From Armatimonadota bacterium (GTDB lineage Bacteria > Armatimonadota > HRBIN16), in contig OY781964.1 of the NCBI GenBank assembly GCA_963677485.1, forward strand, positions 2,560,001-2,624,000: a stretch of DNA of 64,000 bases. The letters run 5' to 3'. Below are positions 49,028-59,108 of this stretch, in pieces (positions within the stretch are counted from its first letter, which is position 1; each line of letters starts with the position of its first letter). A program made the position numbers and the translations under genes. The notes beneath the pieces were generated by a model. The model had not been told where the DNA came from. It made no database searches and was given only the letters and a program-made list of their open reading frames with translations.

Positions 49028-49978
49028 ATGAACTCAGAAATCTACACACTAGTGGGATGCCTGCTGTTACCGATCACGTTGGTGATCGCAGCCAAGCAGT
49101 CCTATATCAACGCCGTGTCCGATGAAGACAGACGGTATTTTACCGAAAACTGGCGAACGGGTATCAACAAGGTACTGCAATATGCGGTCATGCCTTACGG
49201 TATAACGTTGTTCTTGATAGACTTAGACCCCTCCAGGCATTCTATGGGCAGATTTGCCATTGCTCTAGCACTACTGGGGCTTGTGGTTCTCATAATCTGT
49301 TACCGCACAATGGCCAAGATGAAACACAGCCTGACGCCGGAAACAGAGTATAGCAAGTACGAACCTCGGGTGAAACTGATCAGCTCTGTGGTAATGGCGA
49401 TTTACATTCTATCTACTCTTTCCGTAATGGCAATATGTATACATTTTGCCGACTCGATAGATGATCCCATACTCTTGATGCTGGCTGCGATCGGTATGCT
49501 TGTGGCGATCTGTGGTTCACTGGCTATCATCGTGGACCGCTACGCAATATGGTATCGGGACCGCATCTTACCAGCCTCTGAAATGGAGATGCTGAAGAGT
49601 AAGCTGGCCGAAGCCGATCATCTGCTTAACCAGCACCTGCCAGACGGTCATATCCCCGTTAAGCTGGAGCTCATGGAGTTCATGATGGGTTTCAAGGACT
49701 CTTTGCTGTGTGTCAGCGTCGATATGAAATCGGAAAAACGCGTTAGTGTCAGCCTTCTTGGCCTGAAGCGGCTTGATGAGAATGAGCTGCTGTTCCTGTC
49801 ACTGAGCGAAGCCTTTAGAGGCGTCTCAAACAAAAGCCAGATAGCGGCTGACCAGCGCGCTCTGGCCATCACTGCTGACCGTCATGCGGCTATTTCGGCT
49901 CTGAAAAAGGAGCTGGCCACCGCATTCAAGGAGGTGCGTCAACTGCAGAAGCGCATCAAGGCGTTGGAGGTAATATGA
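49028..49978 (+). CDS. Tandem paralog of 47992-48960
   Basis: C-terminal ~130 aa nearly identical; TM region strongly diverged. Confidence 0.72.
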   Translation: MNSEIYTLVGCLLLPITLVIAAKQSYINAVSDEDRRYFTENWRTGINKVLQYAVMPYGITLFLIDLDPSRHSMGRFAIALALLGLVVLIICYRTMAKMKHSLTPETEYSKYEPRVKLISSVVMAIYILSTLSVMAICIHFADSIDDPILLMLAAIGMLVAICGSLAIIVDRYAIWYRDRILPASEMEMLKSKLAEADHLLNQHLPDGHIPVKLELMEFMMGFKDSLLCVSVDMKSEKRVSVSLLGLKRLDENELLFLSLSEAFRGVSNKSQIAADQRALAITADRHAAISALKKELATAFKEVRQLQKRIKALEVI

Positions 49979-51270
49979 AAAAGCAGATATTGGCCATTCT
50001 TCCAGCACTGGGGGTCATGGTGATTACCTGGGGGGCACCAAGGCTGCTGAACTATGTTCATCAGTTGAACACGCCGTCTATTGTTGGTCCCATGGTTCCG
50101 TATGGGGTGCCGGACGCGCAGCTGCCTCCTCCACCAGATGGTATGATGCCCGCACCCGCCGGTGATTCAATACCTGGCAATGTGCCAATGCCGTATCCTG
50201 GTGATGCCAAGATGTCCCACCCCACAACCGGATCATTCCCAAACCTGCAAATCAACTGGGTGTTGATATGGGTTGTGGTCGCTATAGAACTAGGACTATT
50301 TGGCAGATTGATATGGGCTGTCACACAACACCGATCTGAGCTTCCTGGCCATGCCCTATTCTGGGTTGTAAGCCAGGCGATTTTATCTGCATTTTTGAGT
50401 CAATCCTCCGTCTTCGACGTCATGGCTCATGGGATACTCCGGCCGATTGGCTTCTGCTTGATCGCTATCTCAATGGCAGGCACGTTGGTTGCGCTCAGCG
50501 AACTCATTATAAGGAGGCACATGCTATTTGGTGATGATGTTGTTGAAGTGCTGATGCATTTTGACAACCACACCGGGACGTCTTTGATGTTGATGTATTT
50601 CTGGCTCATCCCGATGTTGAATGCCGGAATGTATTGGATACTGAGTATCCAAGTGATTTTCACGATCGGTGTGCAGATATGGGTTTGGCTAAGCTCAGAT
50701 GCTTTACGAACATCGCTACGGCGCAGAGTGGACCCAGCGGCGTTTGACGTGCTTGAACAGAGCATCGCCAGGCTGCGCATATCGATGAGCAACCACTATC
50801 CAGGTAGACATGTCGATATGATGGCAAACAAAGAAGGCGACCACATTATCTCTTCGATGTCTCACCTAGATGGTAGTATTTCGGTGAGTGTGGCGGCGTT
50901 GCAGCAGCTCACCGACGAGGAAATGCTGGTGCTTTCGGCGATGCAAGCGGTGCGGCCTTTTTCCTATCGGTTACTCGATATACCCAACACGATGACGTTC
51001 ATGTTGGTAGGGATAGCTGTGATTGTATCAGATGGTCTATCCATGTTCTGGCTTATGTTGGTGCTGATACCGGTGCTCATGTCCGAATACTACCGCCGGA
51101 ATCTAGCTGTGGCAGCCGACCGGCGGGCCATTGACCGGTTGAACATGGAGAAGACCGCAGTGGCGGTGCTGCAAAAGCAGATTGAGGGCTCGACCGGTGA
51201 GGTTCGCAAGGGGCTGCTCATCCGTGCAGGTGCCATCTTCAAACACGGCGGAATTCCGTTGACTGAGTAG
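49975..51270 (+). CDS. Membrane protein with a degenerate M48-like region
   Basis: Multiple TMs; ISVSVAALQQLTDEEMLVL and AADRRAI. ATGA overlap with the upstream gene. Confidence 0.68.
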   Translation: MKKQILAILPALGVMVITWGAPRLLNYVHQLNTPSIVGPMVPYGVPDAQLPPPPDGMMPAPAGDSIPGNVPMPYPGDAKMSHPTTGSFPNLQINWVLIWVVVAIELGLFGRLIWAVTQHRSELPGHALFWVVSQAILSAFLSQSSVFDVMAHGILRPIGFCLIAISMAGTLVALSELIIRRHMLFGDDVVEVLMHFDNHTGTSLMLMYFWLIPMLNAGMYWILSIQVIFTIGVQIWVWLSSDALRTSLRRRVDPAAFDVLEQSIARLRISMSNHYPGRHVDMMANKEGDHIISSMSHLDGSISVSVAALQQLTDEEMLVLSAMQAVRPFSYRLLDIPNTMTFMLVGIAVIVSDGLSMFWLMLVLIPVLMSEYYRRNLAVAADRRAIDRLNMEKTAVAVLQKQIEGSTGEVRKGLLIRAGAIFKHGGIPLTE

Positions 51271-51357
51271 AGCCGTCGTGATTCTGTGTTCGCCCTGTGT
51301 TTATACGCCAGTTGGAAGGTTGTTGAACCAGCCAGTTTCGTCCGTAAAGGAGACATC

Positions 51358-52866
51358 ATGCCGCGTAAAATGTTGATTCTGCTGCTCTGCGGGGCGATGA
51401 TGCATTACTTCCTCGGGTTCATACCAAGGGGCATCGTGCCCAAGGATGTGAACCATCTGCTATCAGAGCAAATCAAGCAGATAAAGGAGGGTTACCGGCC
51501 GCCGGCTGTCATGCCAAAAAGCTGGCTGGTCATTACTGCAGGTAGCTCTTATCGAACGCTGCTTTACCTAAGCGAAAGCAATCCCGACCAGCAAGCCGTT
51601 GAGCGCGCGTTCACAAAGATGGGTGCGCTGCCTGGCGAGGTCACGTCCGGCATGAGCGGCCGCCGTTACGTGATGCGATGGCACCACCAGTGGTCATACT
51701 TTGGCCGGTTATATGCATCCACAGACCTGTATCCTGAGAATCTCCGCCTTCGGTTTGTGCGTGCCATGGGGCTGTCCGCACAAACCCCAACGATACCGAT
51801 GATGGTCTGCGTAGACAAATGCGCCGCGCTGGATCCTAAATCGTATGGCTACGGCGAGTCGGGCAATGAGTTGATGGTCGTTAATGGGAAGTTCGTCGCA
51901 GATGAGGTTCTGAATATCAGCCAGTGGATTGACTGGTACCAATGCATATTCTTCGTGGCGTTTGTGATCGGGTTTGTGTGGGATATGCTGAAATGGCGAA
52001 AAAATCATGACAAACGGTCGAATCTACAACTGCCATTGATGCAGCACGTGAAGATATTTAGGCAGACAACAAGCATGGTATTGGTCGTGATGTTCACATT
52101 TCTAAACCATAATGGATATCATGAGTTGTTTGGCAACGGGCTTATAGATATGTGGGCAGGTGGGACGCGAAACATATTGTTGGGGTTAGTTTTATTTTCA
52201 CCGATCCTGTGTTATGTGTTGGCAGCGGCGCCGATACGATACCACCTCAAGGCTGACCTGTCGAAAGCGGTATCACAGCAGCACGAGCGATTTCCAATCC
52301 TTCAAAAGACACTTTCTAACATAATATACAAGCGATCGAAACAGCTACGGCATGAAGACTACATCCTGGCAAAGTGTGACAGCCTCGACCTGATGGGAGT
52401 TCTGCTTTCAGTCGACCACAGCAGGAAGATCGTGTTCGTGCCGCCAATGGCACGGTTGGGTATGGATGTCGCCCAAATTGACTTCTGGATCACGCGAGCA
52501 CTTCAGGACCCTCACAGTCGACGCAACTACGACATGGCGGTCGGCTTATGCCTACTCGCCGCGGGCGGTTTCACGCAGATTATGGGATACCGGACAGCAT
52601 CCATCATACTGCAGGTTGTTTTTTTGGCCATTGTGTTTCTGTGGATCGGTGGAAGGTGGGGTATTGAGACGGTCAGGAACACCCGTGCCGACCTCGCTGC
52701 CATCGCGGTAACAGGTGACCCAGAAAGTGCCAAGCGGGCGATCAACCGGCTGTTTGGCAACGGCAAGACCGGTGCGATCGAAACCCCCAAACGCATACTC
52801 ACCATCGATGCGAAATACCCACCCGCTGCGAAGGCTGTCGAGAAGGTGCTTGAAGCCGTTCCGTAG
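51358..52866 (+). CDS. Membrane protein with a degenerate M48-like C-terminus
   Basis: AAGGAG RBS; RADLAAIAVTGDPESAKRAINRL. Confidence 0.72.
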   Translation: MPRKMLILLLCGAMMHYFLGFIPRGIVPKDVNHLLSEQIKQIKEGYRPPAVMPKSWLVITAGSSYRTLLYLSESNPDQQAVERAFTKMGALPGEVTSGMSGRRYVMRWHHQWSYFGRLYASTDLYPENLRLRFVRAMGLSAQTPTIPMMVCVDKCAALDPKSYGYGESGNELMVVNGKFVADEVLNISQWIDWYQCIFFVAFVIGFVWDMLKWRKNHDKRSNLQLPLMQHVKIFRQTTSMVLVVMFTFLNHNGYHELFGNGLIDMWAGGTRNILLGLVLFSPILCYVLAAAPIRYHLKADLSKAVSQQHERFPILQKTLSNIIYKRSKQLRHEDYILAKCDSLDLMGVLLSVDHSRKIVFVPPMARLGMDVAQIDFWITRALQDPHSRRNYDMAVGLCLLAAGGFTQIMGYRTASIILQVVFLAIVFLWIGGRWGIETVRNTRADLAAIAVTGDPESAKRAINRLFGNGKTGAIETPKRILTIDAKYPPAAKAVEKVLEAVP

Positions 52867-52900
52867 CGGTGCTGATGCATGCGGCGGTTTGCCTTTATTT

Positions 52901-53190
52901 AACCACGAATGGACACAGATGAACGCGGATACCGGAATCCAACGCAAAGGCGCAGAGGGGCAAAGAGCGCAATGGTTCAGTTCGAATCGCGGACAAAGCC
53001 GACCACCCAGCACGGTCATATACCTTTGCGTCATTGCTTCTTGGCGTCTTTGCGTTGAATCCCGTCCGTGTAATCCGTGGTTCAGACAATTTGTAACCAC
53101 GAATGGACACGGATAGACACGAATGGACACAGATGAACGCGGATACCGGGAATCTAACGCAAAGGCGCAGAGGGGCAAAGGGCGCAAAGT
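52901..53190. repeat. Composite repeat-arm units (~200 bp)
   Basis: AACCACGAATGGACAC, AACGCAAAGGCGCAG and reverse arms; near-identical to 54862-55262. Confidence 0.88.
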
Positions 53191-53321
53191 TGCTGATGAC
53201 CGCATCCGGTTCTTGACAAGCCGGAAATTGCAGGTTAACCTTATCCTTAGTAAACGTATGTAGTGGTGTATATTCATGAGACAAGATCACATTCACCAAT
53301 ACCGAAAACCAAGAAGCCATT

Positions 53322-54827
53322 ATGCCGCGTAAAATGCTGATCCTGCTGCTCTGTGGGGCTCTAATGCATTACTTCCTCGGGTTCATGCCGAAGGGTATCG
53401 TGCCCAAGGATGTGGATCATCTGCTGTCTGAGCAAATCACGCAGATCAAAGCAGGTTACCAGCCGCCAGCGACAATGCCGAAAAACTGGCTGGTGATTGC
53501 CGCCGGAAGCTCCTATCGAACCCTGTTTTACCTCAGCGAAAACAAGCCCGACCAGCAAGCCGTTGAGCGCGCGTTCACAAAGATGGGTGCACTGCCAGGC
53601 GAGGTCACCGCCGGTATGAGCGGTCAACGTCATGTGATGCGATGGCACCACCAGTGGTCGTACCTGGGCCGGATATATGCTTCGACAGATCTGTACCCTG
53701 AAAATCTCCGCCTTCGGTTTGTCCGCGCCATGGGGCTGTCCGCACAAACCTCTACATTGCCGATGCTGGTGTGCGTAGACAAATGCGCCGCGCTTGACCC
53801 ACCACAATATATCGACAGCGCGAACCGCGATGAGTTGATAACCGTGCAAGGACCGTTCGTCGCGGGCGAAGCGTTGAATATCAGCCAGTGGATCGCCTGG
53901 TGGCTGTGGCTTGTGTTGGCAATATTTATGTTTGCGTTCATTTGGGAGATGTTGGCACCGCGTGAACATGACAAACGGTCGGACCCGAAAATGTCGCTGA
54001 TGCAGCATGTGATGGCCTTTAAGCAGATAACAAGCGCTGTTGTAGTTGGGCTGTTCCTATTTCTGAACCATGATGGACTTCAAGAGATGCTTGGCAACGG
54101 GCTAGTCGATCTATGGGCGGGTGGGACGCGAAACATATCGTTAGGATTAGTTTTATTTTTACCGATCGCGTGTTTTGTGTTGACTTCGGTGTCGACAAGA
54201 TATCGCCTCAAAGCCGACCTGTCGAAAGCGGTATCACGGCAGCACGAGCGACTTCCACGCCTGCAAAAGACCCTCGCGGAGATCGTCTACAAGCGATCGA
54301 TGCAAATACGGCATGATGACTACATCCTGGCAAAGTGTGACCGTCTCGACCTGATGGGAGTTCTGCCCTCAGTGGACCATAAACGGAAGATCGTGTTCGT
54401 GCCGCCGATGGCGCGGCTAAGCATGGATGTCGCCCAAATTGACTTCTGGATCACGCGAACACTACAAGACCCTCGCAGCGGACGTAATTGGGATATAGGG
54501 ATCGGTCTTGGCGTGCTCATCGCAAGCGGTGTCACGCAGATCATGGGATACGACAACGCCTCCCTCATACTGCTGCTTGTTTTTTTGGCCATCGTGTTTC
54601 TTTGGGTAGGGGGCAATTGGGGTTATGAAGCGGCCAAGAACACTCGGGCTGACCTGGCTGCCATCGCCGTGACAGGCGACCCCGAAAGTGCCAAGCGGGC
54701 GATCAAGCGGCTGTATGGTTATAGCAAGAACGGTGCTAAGGAGACACCGAAGCGTATACTCGCCATCGATGTGAAATACCCGCGCGCTGCGGAGGCCGTC
54801 GAAGAGGCAGTCGAGGCTGTTTCGTAG
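53322..54827 (+). CDS. Tandem paralog of 51358-52866
   Basis: Colinear and highly similar along the whole length. Confidence 0.75.
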   Translation: MPRKMLILLLCGALMHYFLGFMPKGIVPKDVDHLLSEQITQIKAGYQPPATMPKNWLVIAAGSSYRTLFYLSENKPDQQAVERAFTKMGALPGEVTAGMSGQRHVMRWHHQWSYLGRIYASTDLYPENLRLRFVRAMGLSAQTSTLPMLVCVDKCAALDPPQYIDSANRDELITVQGPFVAGEALNISQWIAWWLWLVLAIFMFAFIWEMLAPREHDKRSDPKMSLMQHVMAFKQITSAVVVGLFLFLNHDGLQEMLGNGLVDLWAGGTRNISLGLVLFLPIACFVLTSVSTRYRLKADLSKAVSRQHERLPRLQKTLAEIVYKRSMQIRHDDYILAKCDRLDLMGVLPSVDHKRKIVFVPPMARLSMDVAQIDFWITRTLQDPRSGRNWDIGIGLGVLIASGVTQIMGYDNASLILLLVFLAIVFLWVGGNWGYEAAKNTRADLAAIAVTGDPESAKRAIKRLYGYSKNGAKETPKRILAIDVKYPRAAEAVEEAVEAVS

Positions 54828-54861
54828 CTGTGCCGATGAGTGCGGCGGTTTGGTTCCATTT

Positions 54862-55262
54862 AACCGCGAATGGACACAGATAGACACGAATGGACACAGA
54901 TGAACGCGGATACCGGGAACCCAACGCAAAGGCGCAGAGGGGCAAAGGGCGCAATGGTTCAGTTCGAATCGCAGACAAAGCCGACCACCCAGCGGTCATT
55001 TACCTTTGCGTCATTGCATCTTGGCGTCTTTGCGTTGAATCCCGTCCGTGTAATCCGTGGTTCAGACAATTTGTAACCACGAATGGACACGGATAGACAC
55101 GAATGGACACAGATGAACGCGGATACCGGGAACCCAACGCAAGGGCGCAGGGGTGCAAAAGCGCAAAGGTTCTGTTCGAGCCGCGGACATAGACGACCAT
55201 CCAGCGCGGTCATATACCTTTGCGTCATTGCTTCTTGGCGTTTTTGCGCTGAATCCCGTCCG
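54862..55262. repeat. Two tandem ~200-bp composite repeat-arm units
   Basis: Same unit as 52901-53190. Confidence 0.88.
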
Positions 55263-55344
55263 GTTCCCCATACACACTCTACGCAGGATTGCGAACTCCC
55301 GTTGCCGAACTATACAGCGATTGTTTGTTTTAGGGAGTAACTCC

Positions 55345-56949
55345 ATGAGGTTCTTTGCCGTAATGATAGCACTGTGTAGCTGCGCTGCGTTGGCCCAGAC
55401 GCAAAAGCCGTTCCAAGTGGGTATCGAGCTGCCCACTATGTTGCCAGTCGACCCCACCGTGGAGCTGATGTTGAAGGACCTTGGGGTGAACTACCTCAAC
55501 TTCTATACATTCAACAACTACGGCCCGCCGGAGCAGGATGCCATGGCGGTGTATGACGCGCAGGCGGCATTGGCGAAGCGGCTGGGGGCGAACTACCAAC
55601 TGGCGTGCCACCACATGGATGTGCCCGAGGCGGTGGTGCGCAAGGCGGCGCAGGACCCGCTCTGCCAAGGTGTGATCATTGATGAGTTGGAGCACATCCG
55701 GCTGCTGTGGCGAGTGGCGGGACCCTCTGCGGCGGTGCTCGCTGACCCAGCGACCTTCACCGACCTCTATGATGCCCACGACAAATCGGTGGCGGCCTGG
55801 CAAAAACTGGCTGATAAGTATCGCGGATACGGTCTGACCAACTTCAACAGCACGCACGTTTGGCCGGTGCTGCTCTCGGTGGCGGCGAAAGGCGGATGGA
55901 ACCCCACGCCAAAAATCTGCAAGGAGTTCTACTCGCCGGTTTCGCTTGCCATCGGCATGGGCGCTGCGCTGCAGTATGAAAAACCGCTGATGGTAGACTG
56001 TGACCTGTGGTTCTGGGATCTGCTGCCCGGTCACACGCCCGAGGAGTATCGCAGCAATCTGCTGCTGGCCTACTGGAGCGGTGCGGACGGCGTATATACC
56101 GAGGGTGCCGGGTTCAACCTGTATCCTGCGGGTCGGCAGGGGTTTCCACACACCCTCATGGCAAAGCTGACCGACACGGAGTATTCGCTCACAGCCCATG
56201 GCGAGATACTGCGCTGGTTCATTAAGGATTATCTGCCGAAGCACCCGCGTGCCTGGAGCTTCCGCGACATCCAGCCGGATGTGGCGATCATCCGGTTCGA
56301 GGATAGCTGTTTTGGCCAGCGTTTCAGCAATATGCCGGACACGCTGTATGGCAGCGAGAAGCTGAAGAGCGATGCCGACACCGAGGCCTGGTTCCAGATT
56401 TGGAACGTGCTGACGGGTGGCAAGACCGGCCGAGACGGTATCAGCATGTTCCGAGCCACCCAGGGCATGTTTGGCCTGGAGTATGTTCCGCACACCACGC
56501 GGCGCGACAGCTACCTCACCCGGCCCATGATGTCGGGTTCGCACAACTTCTGGACGCCCCTGAACAACGTGGTGGTGTTCGACGACACCGTGACCGCGGA
56601 GCGTCTGGGGCAGATCCCCTGCCTGTTCCTCACAGGCAAGCGGATCAGTGATGAGACTTGGCTGGCGGTTCAAGAGCGTGTGAAGCAGGGGGCGACTTGC
56701 GTGATCTGGGCTCCGCTGGCGAAGAAGCTGGGGCTGGAACCCAAGGGCGACATCACTGAACTGACCATGGGCAAGGGCAAGATGATCATCACCACCGATT
56801 TTGGGCTGACACCGGTCACCACCGCCGTGTGGAGCTTCATCGGCCGCGCCGACCAGATCCGCTACCGCTTCAAGCAGGGTGAAGTGGTGTTTAAGACGCT
56901 CGACGAAAACAAGGTGGATGTTCAGACCACGGTGTATCCCAACCCGTAG
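55345..56949 (+). CDS. Secreted hypothetical protein, possibly carbohydrate-active
   Basis: GGGAG RBS; signal peptide MRFFAVMIALCSCAALA; strong coding-type GC3 bias; GVIIDE motif. Confidence 0.7.
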   Translation: MRFFAVMIALCSCAALAQTQKPFQVGIELPTMLPVDPTVELMLKDLGVNYLNFYTFNNYGPPEQDAMAVYDAQAALAKRLGANYQLACHHMDVPEAVVRKAAQDPLCQGVIIDELEHIRLLWRVAGPSAAVLADPATFTDLYDAHDKSVAAWQKLADKYRGYGLTNFNSTHVWPVLLSVAAKGGWNPTPKICKEFYSPVSLAIGMGAALQYEKPLMVDCDLWFWDLLPGHTPEEYRSNLLLAYWSGADGVYTEGAGFNLYPAGRQGFPHTLMAKLTDTEYSLTAHGEILRWFIKDYLPKHPRAWSFRDIQPDVAIIRFEDSCFGQRFSNMPDTLYGSEKLKSDADTEAWFQIWNVLTGGKTGRDGISMFRATQGMFGLEYVPHTTRRDSYLTRPMMSGSHNFWTPLNNVVVFDDTVTAERLGQIPCLFLTGKRISDETWLAVQERVKQGATCVIWAPLAKKLGLEPKGDITELTMGKGKMIITTDFGLTPVTTAVWSFIGRADQIRYRFKQGEVVFKTLDENKVDVQTTVYPNP

Positions 56950-57145
56950 GGGCGACCGGCGGTCGCCCTTGTTGGTGGGGGATTCAATCCACAGATTACA
57001 CAGATTACGCAGATTTGTGGGGCGATGGGACGTGACGTCTGGCGTAGGGGCGGGGTCACCCCGCCCACCACACCCCAACCCGTAGGGGCAGGCCCCCGTG
57101 CCTGCCCCATATAACCATAGCCCCATGGACGGGGTCACCCGCCCC
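56944..57145. repeat. GTAG-type REP cluster between convergent genes
   Basis: Three CGTAGGGG-initiated palindromes (GGGCGACC..GGTCGCCC, GGGCGGGG..CCCCGCCC, GGGCAGGC..GCCTGCCC). Confidence 0.85.
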
Positions 57146-57156
57146 CCAAATCCAGC

Positions 57157-58227
57157 CTACGCCATGGGACGGAAATCGGTGCTGGCGTTGATGCGGCGTA
57201 CAAAGCCTGCGATCAAGCGCACACCGTTCTGCAGATCGGCCATACTCATCACCTCGCAGGGGGTGTGCATGTAGCGTAACGGCACGCTGATCAACCCGGT
57301 GGCCACACTGGCCCGGTTGAGCTGCATCATGTTGGCGTCGGTACCGGTGCCACCGGGGTTGACCTCAATCTGAACCGGGATGTCATCTTCCTTTGCGGTC
57401 CGCATCAGCAGATCAAACACCACAGGATTCACATTGGCACCACGGGTGATGCTGGGGCCTTTTCCGCACACGGTTTCGCCAAATCGCTTCTTGTCCGCGC
57501 CTGGGAAATCAATGCTGTGACACACATCCACCGCCACACCCACCAGCGGGTCGATGCCGTAGGCCGCCGTCTTGGCGCCTCTCAGTCCGATCTCTTCCTG
57601 CACGGTCGCCACGCTGTATAGACCGCAACCCAGATTGGCCTTCTCACTGCTCAGTTCGCGCAAGACCTCGGCCACCATCCAGGCACCCATCTTATCGTCA
57701 AAGCCGCGTGCGCACACCATATCGCCCAGCAGCTCTTCCATTTCATACTGATACGTAATGGGGTCACCCAGGTTCACATATTCCATCGCCTCGGATTTAT
57801 CTTTAGCCCCGATATCCACCCAAACTTCGTTCAGCGTGGGCATTTTAGACCGCTCATCGGGTGTCATCAGATGGATGGCGCGTCGGCCCATTACCCCGGT
57901 GATGGTGCCCTTGGTGCCATGCACGTTCACCCGCTGCCCAAAGGGGATCAGCACATCGTGCCCTCCCACAGGAGCGACATACAGCAGCCCCTCATCGCTG
58001 ACATGTTTTACCAAAAAACCGAGTTCGTCCACATGTCCACTGATCATCACCCTTACTAGCGAATCGGGGTTGATGACGGCGATGGTATTGCCATGAAGGT
58101 CGGTAGATATCTGGTCGGCGTAAGGTGCCAGATAGTCTCGATAGCATTTGGCCGCCTGCTGTTCATATCCGCTGGGACTTGGCATATTCGCCAATTGGGT
58201 GAGGAAGTTATAACTCTCAGATTGCAT
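57157..58227 (-). CDS. M42-family metallo-aminopeptidase
   Basis: SPSGYE, GHVDE, FDDKMG, TVQEEIGLRGA, VDV, GTDA and PLRYMHTP motifs. Confidence 0.95.
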   Translation of the reverse strand: MQSESYNFLTQLANMPSPSGYEQQAAKCYRDYLAPYADQISTDLHGNTIAVINPDSLVRVMISGHVDELGFLVKHVSDEGLLYVAPVGGHDVLIPFGQRVNVHGTKGTITGVMGRRAIHLMTPDERSKMPTLNEVWVDIGAKDKSEAMEYVNLGDPITYQYEMEELLGDMVCARGFDDKMGAWMVAEVLRELSSEKANLGCGLYSVATVQEEIGLRGAKTAAYGIDPLVGVAVDVCHSIDFPGADKKRFGETVCGKGPSITRGANVNPVVFDLLMRTAKEDDIPVQIEVNPGGTGTDANMMQLNRASVATGLISVPLRYMHTPCEVMSMADLQNGVRLIAGFVRRINASTDFRPMA

Positions 58228-58428
58228 GACATCATCTCCAGACCGAATTTATGGGCAATTCTGCCCGTAATTCTCATTTTACACTCAATTCAAAATATAC
58301 TGCATTAAGTTCTACTAGTATAGACAAATTTACGCTAATATGAATACACACTTTCCATGTCCGCGGCATTTTAGTTAAAAATACCTCTCAAAATTCGCAT
58401 TTATTTTTACATTTTAGTCACTATTTCG

Positions 58429-58513
58429 TTGAATAGTGGCCTATAAGAGGGTATTCTAAGTCTGTTGAGGCAAAATCAACAGTAAAGTGGGTGCAAAGTG
58501 GTGTCAAACTGGG
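58429..58513 (+). promoter_or_regulatory. dcw promoter with probable MraZ-binding repeats
   Basis: TTGAAT-N17-TATTCT, then AAAGTGGG / AAAGTGGT / AAACTGGG at 11-bp spacing. Confidence 0.65.
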
Positions 58514-58568
58514 TGCACTTTACATCCGATTTTTGTCCATACCGCAAACAAGGCGAGTGAAACCGAAA

Positions 58569-59108
58569 ATGTCCGATGAATCCAATCAGATTGAGCAGTT
58601 CGTAAACAACTCTTTGGCTGAAGAGAAGTCTGAGCCCAAGATGAGCCCGCTCGCGCAGATGCAGGGCTACTCCGAACACGCTCTCGATGAGAAATGTCGG
58701 TTGATACTGCCCGCTCGATTTATCAAGTGTTTTGAATCCAGGCAGATGGTCATCACCCGCGGTTACAGCCAGACGCTGTGGATATTCCACCCCAGCACAT
58801 GGCAGCAGCTGCAGCAGCAACTGGCTACCATGGCCAATACAAATGCAAACAGCTTATCGCTTCAGCGGTTTTTCGCAGGAGCGGCCGAGTCCGTGCCCAT
58901 CGACAGTGCCGGACGGTTTATGGTACCACAGCATCTTCGAGCACTGGCAGATATTCAACCATCAGCAAAAGATGAAAAGCCAGTGGTGCTCCAAGGGGTG
59001 CCCAACCGCATAGAGATATGGTCCAAGGCTAAATGGCAGAGCTACAATATGCAGCTTACCGATGACGATGTCATGTCGGCGATGGAAGCCACAGGCTTCT
59101 CGTTTTGA
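58569..59108 (+). CDS. mraZ: Division/cell-wall cluster repressor MraZ
   Basis: LDEKCRLILPARF and IDSAGRFMVP repeats, RIEIWS; directly upstream of rsmH. Confidence 0.92.
   Translation: MSDESNQIEQFVNNSLAEEKSEPKMSPLAQMQGYSEHALDEKCRLILPARFIKCFESRQMVITRGYSQTLWIFHPSTWQQLQQQLATMANTNANSLSLQRFFAGAAESVPIDSAGRFMVPQHLRALADIQPSAKDEKPVVLQGVPNRIEIWSKAKWQSYNMQLTDDDVMSAMEATGFSF

Noticed and set aside
47992-54827. Diversity-generating retroelement template/variable repeats among the paralogs
   Set aside because: Differences are not confined to adenines and there is no reverse transcriptase in the window.
44902-55262. Regularly recurring intergenic repeats as a CRISPR array
   Set aside because: The sequence between repeats is itself repeated rather than unique spacers, arms occur in both orientations, and no cas genes are present.
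52552-55457. Short ORFs such as 52895-53320, 54870-55076 and 55083-55340
   Set aside because: They are translations of the intergenic repeat arms.
55330-57138. Long antisense ORFs (602 aa here; also 3276-4526, 32322-33185, 46652-47590)
   Set aside because: Shadow frames of GC-rich genes on the opposite strand, with no motifs or RBS.
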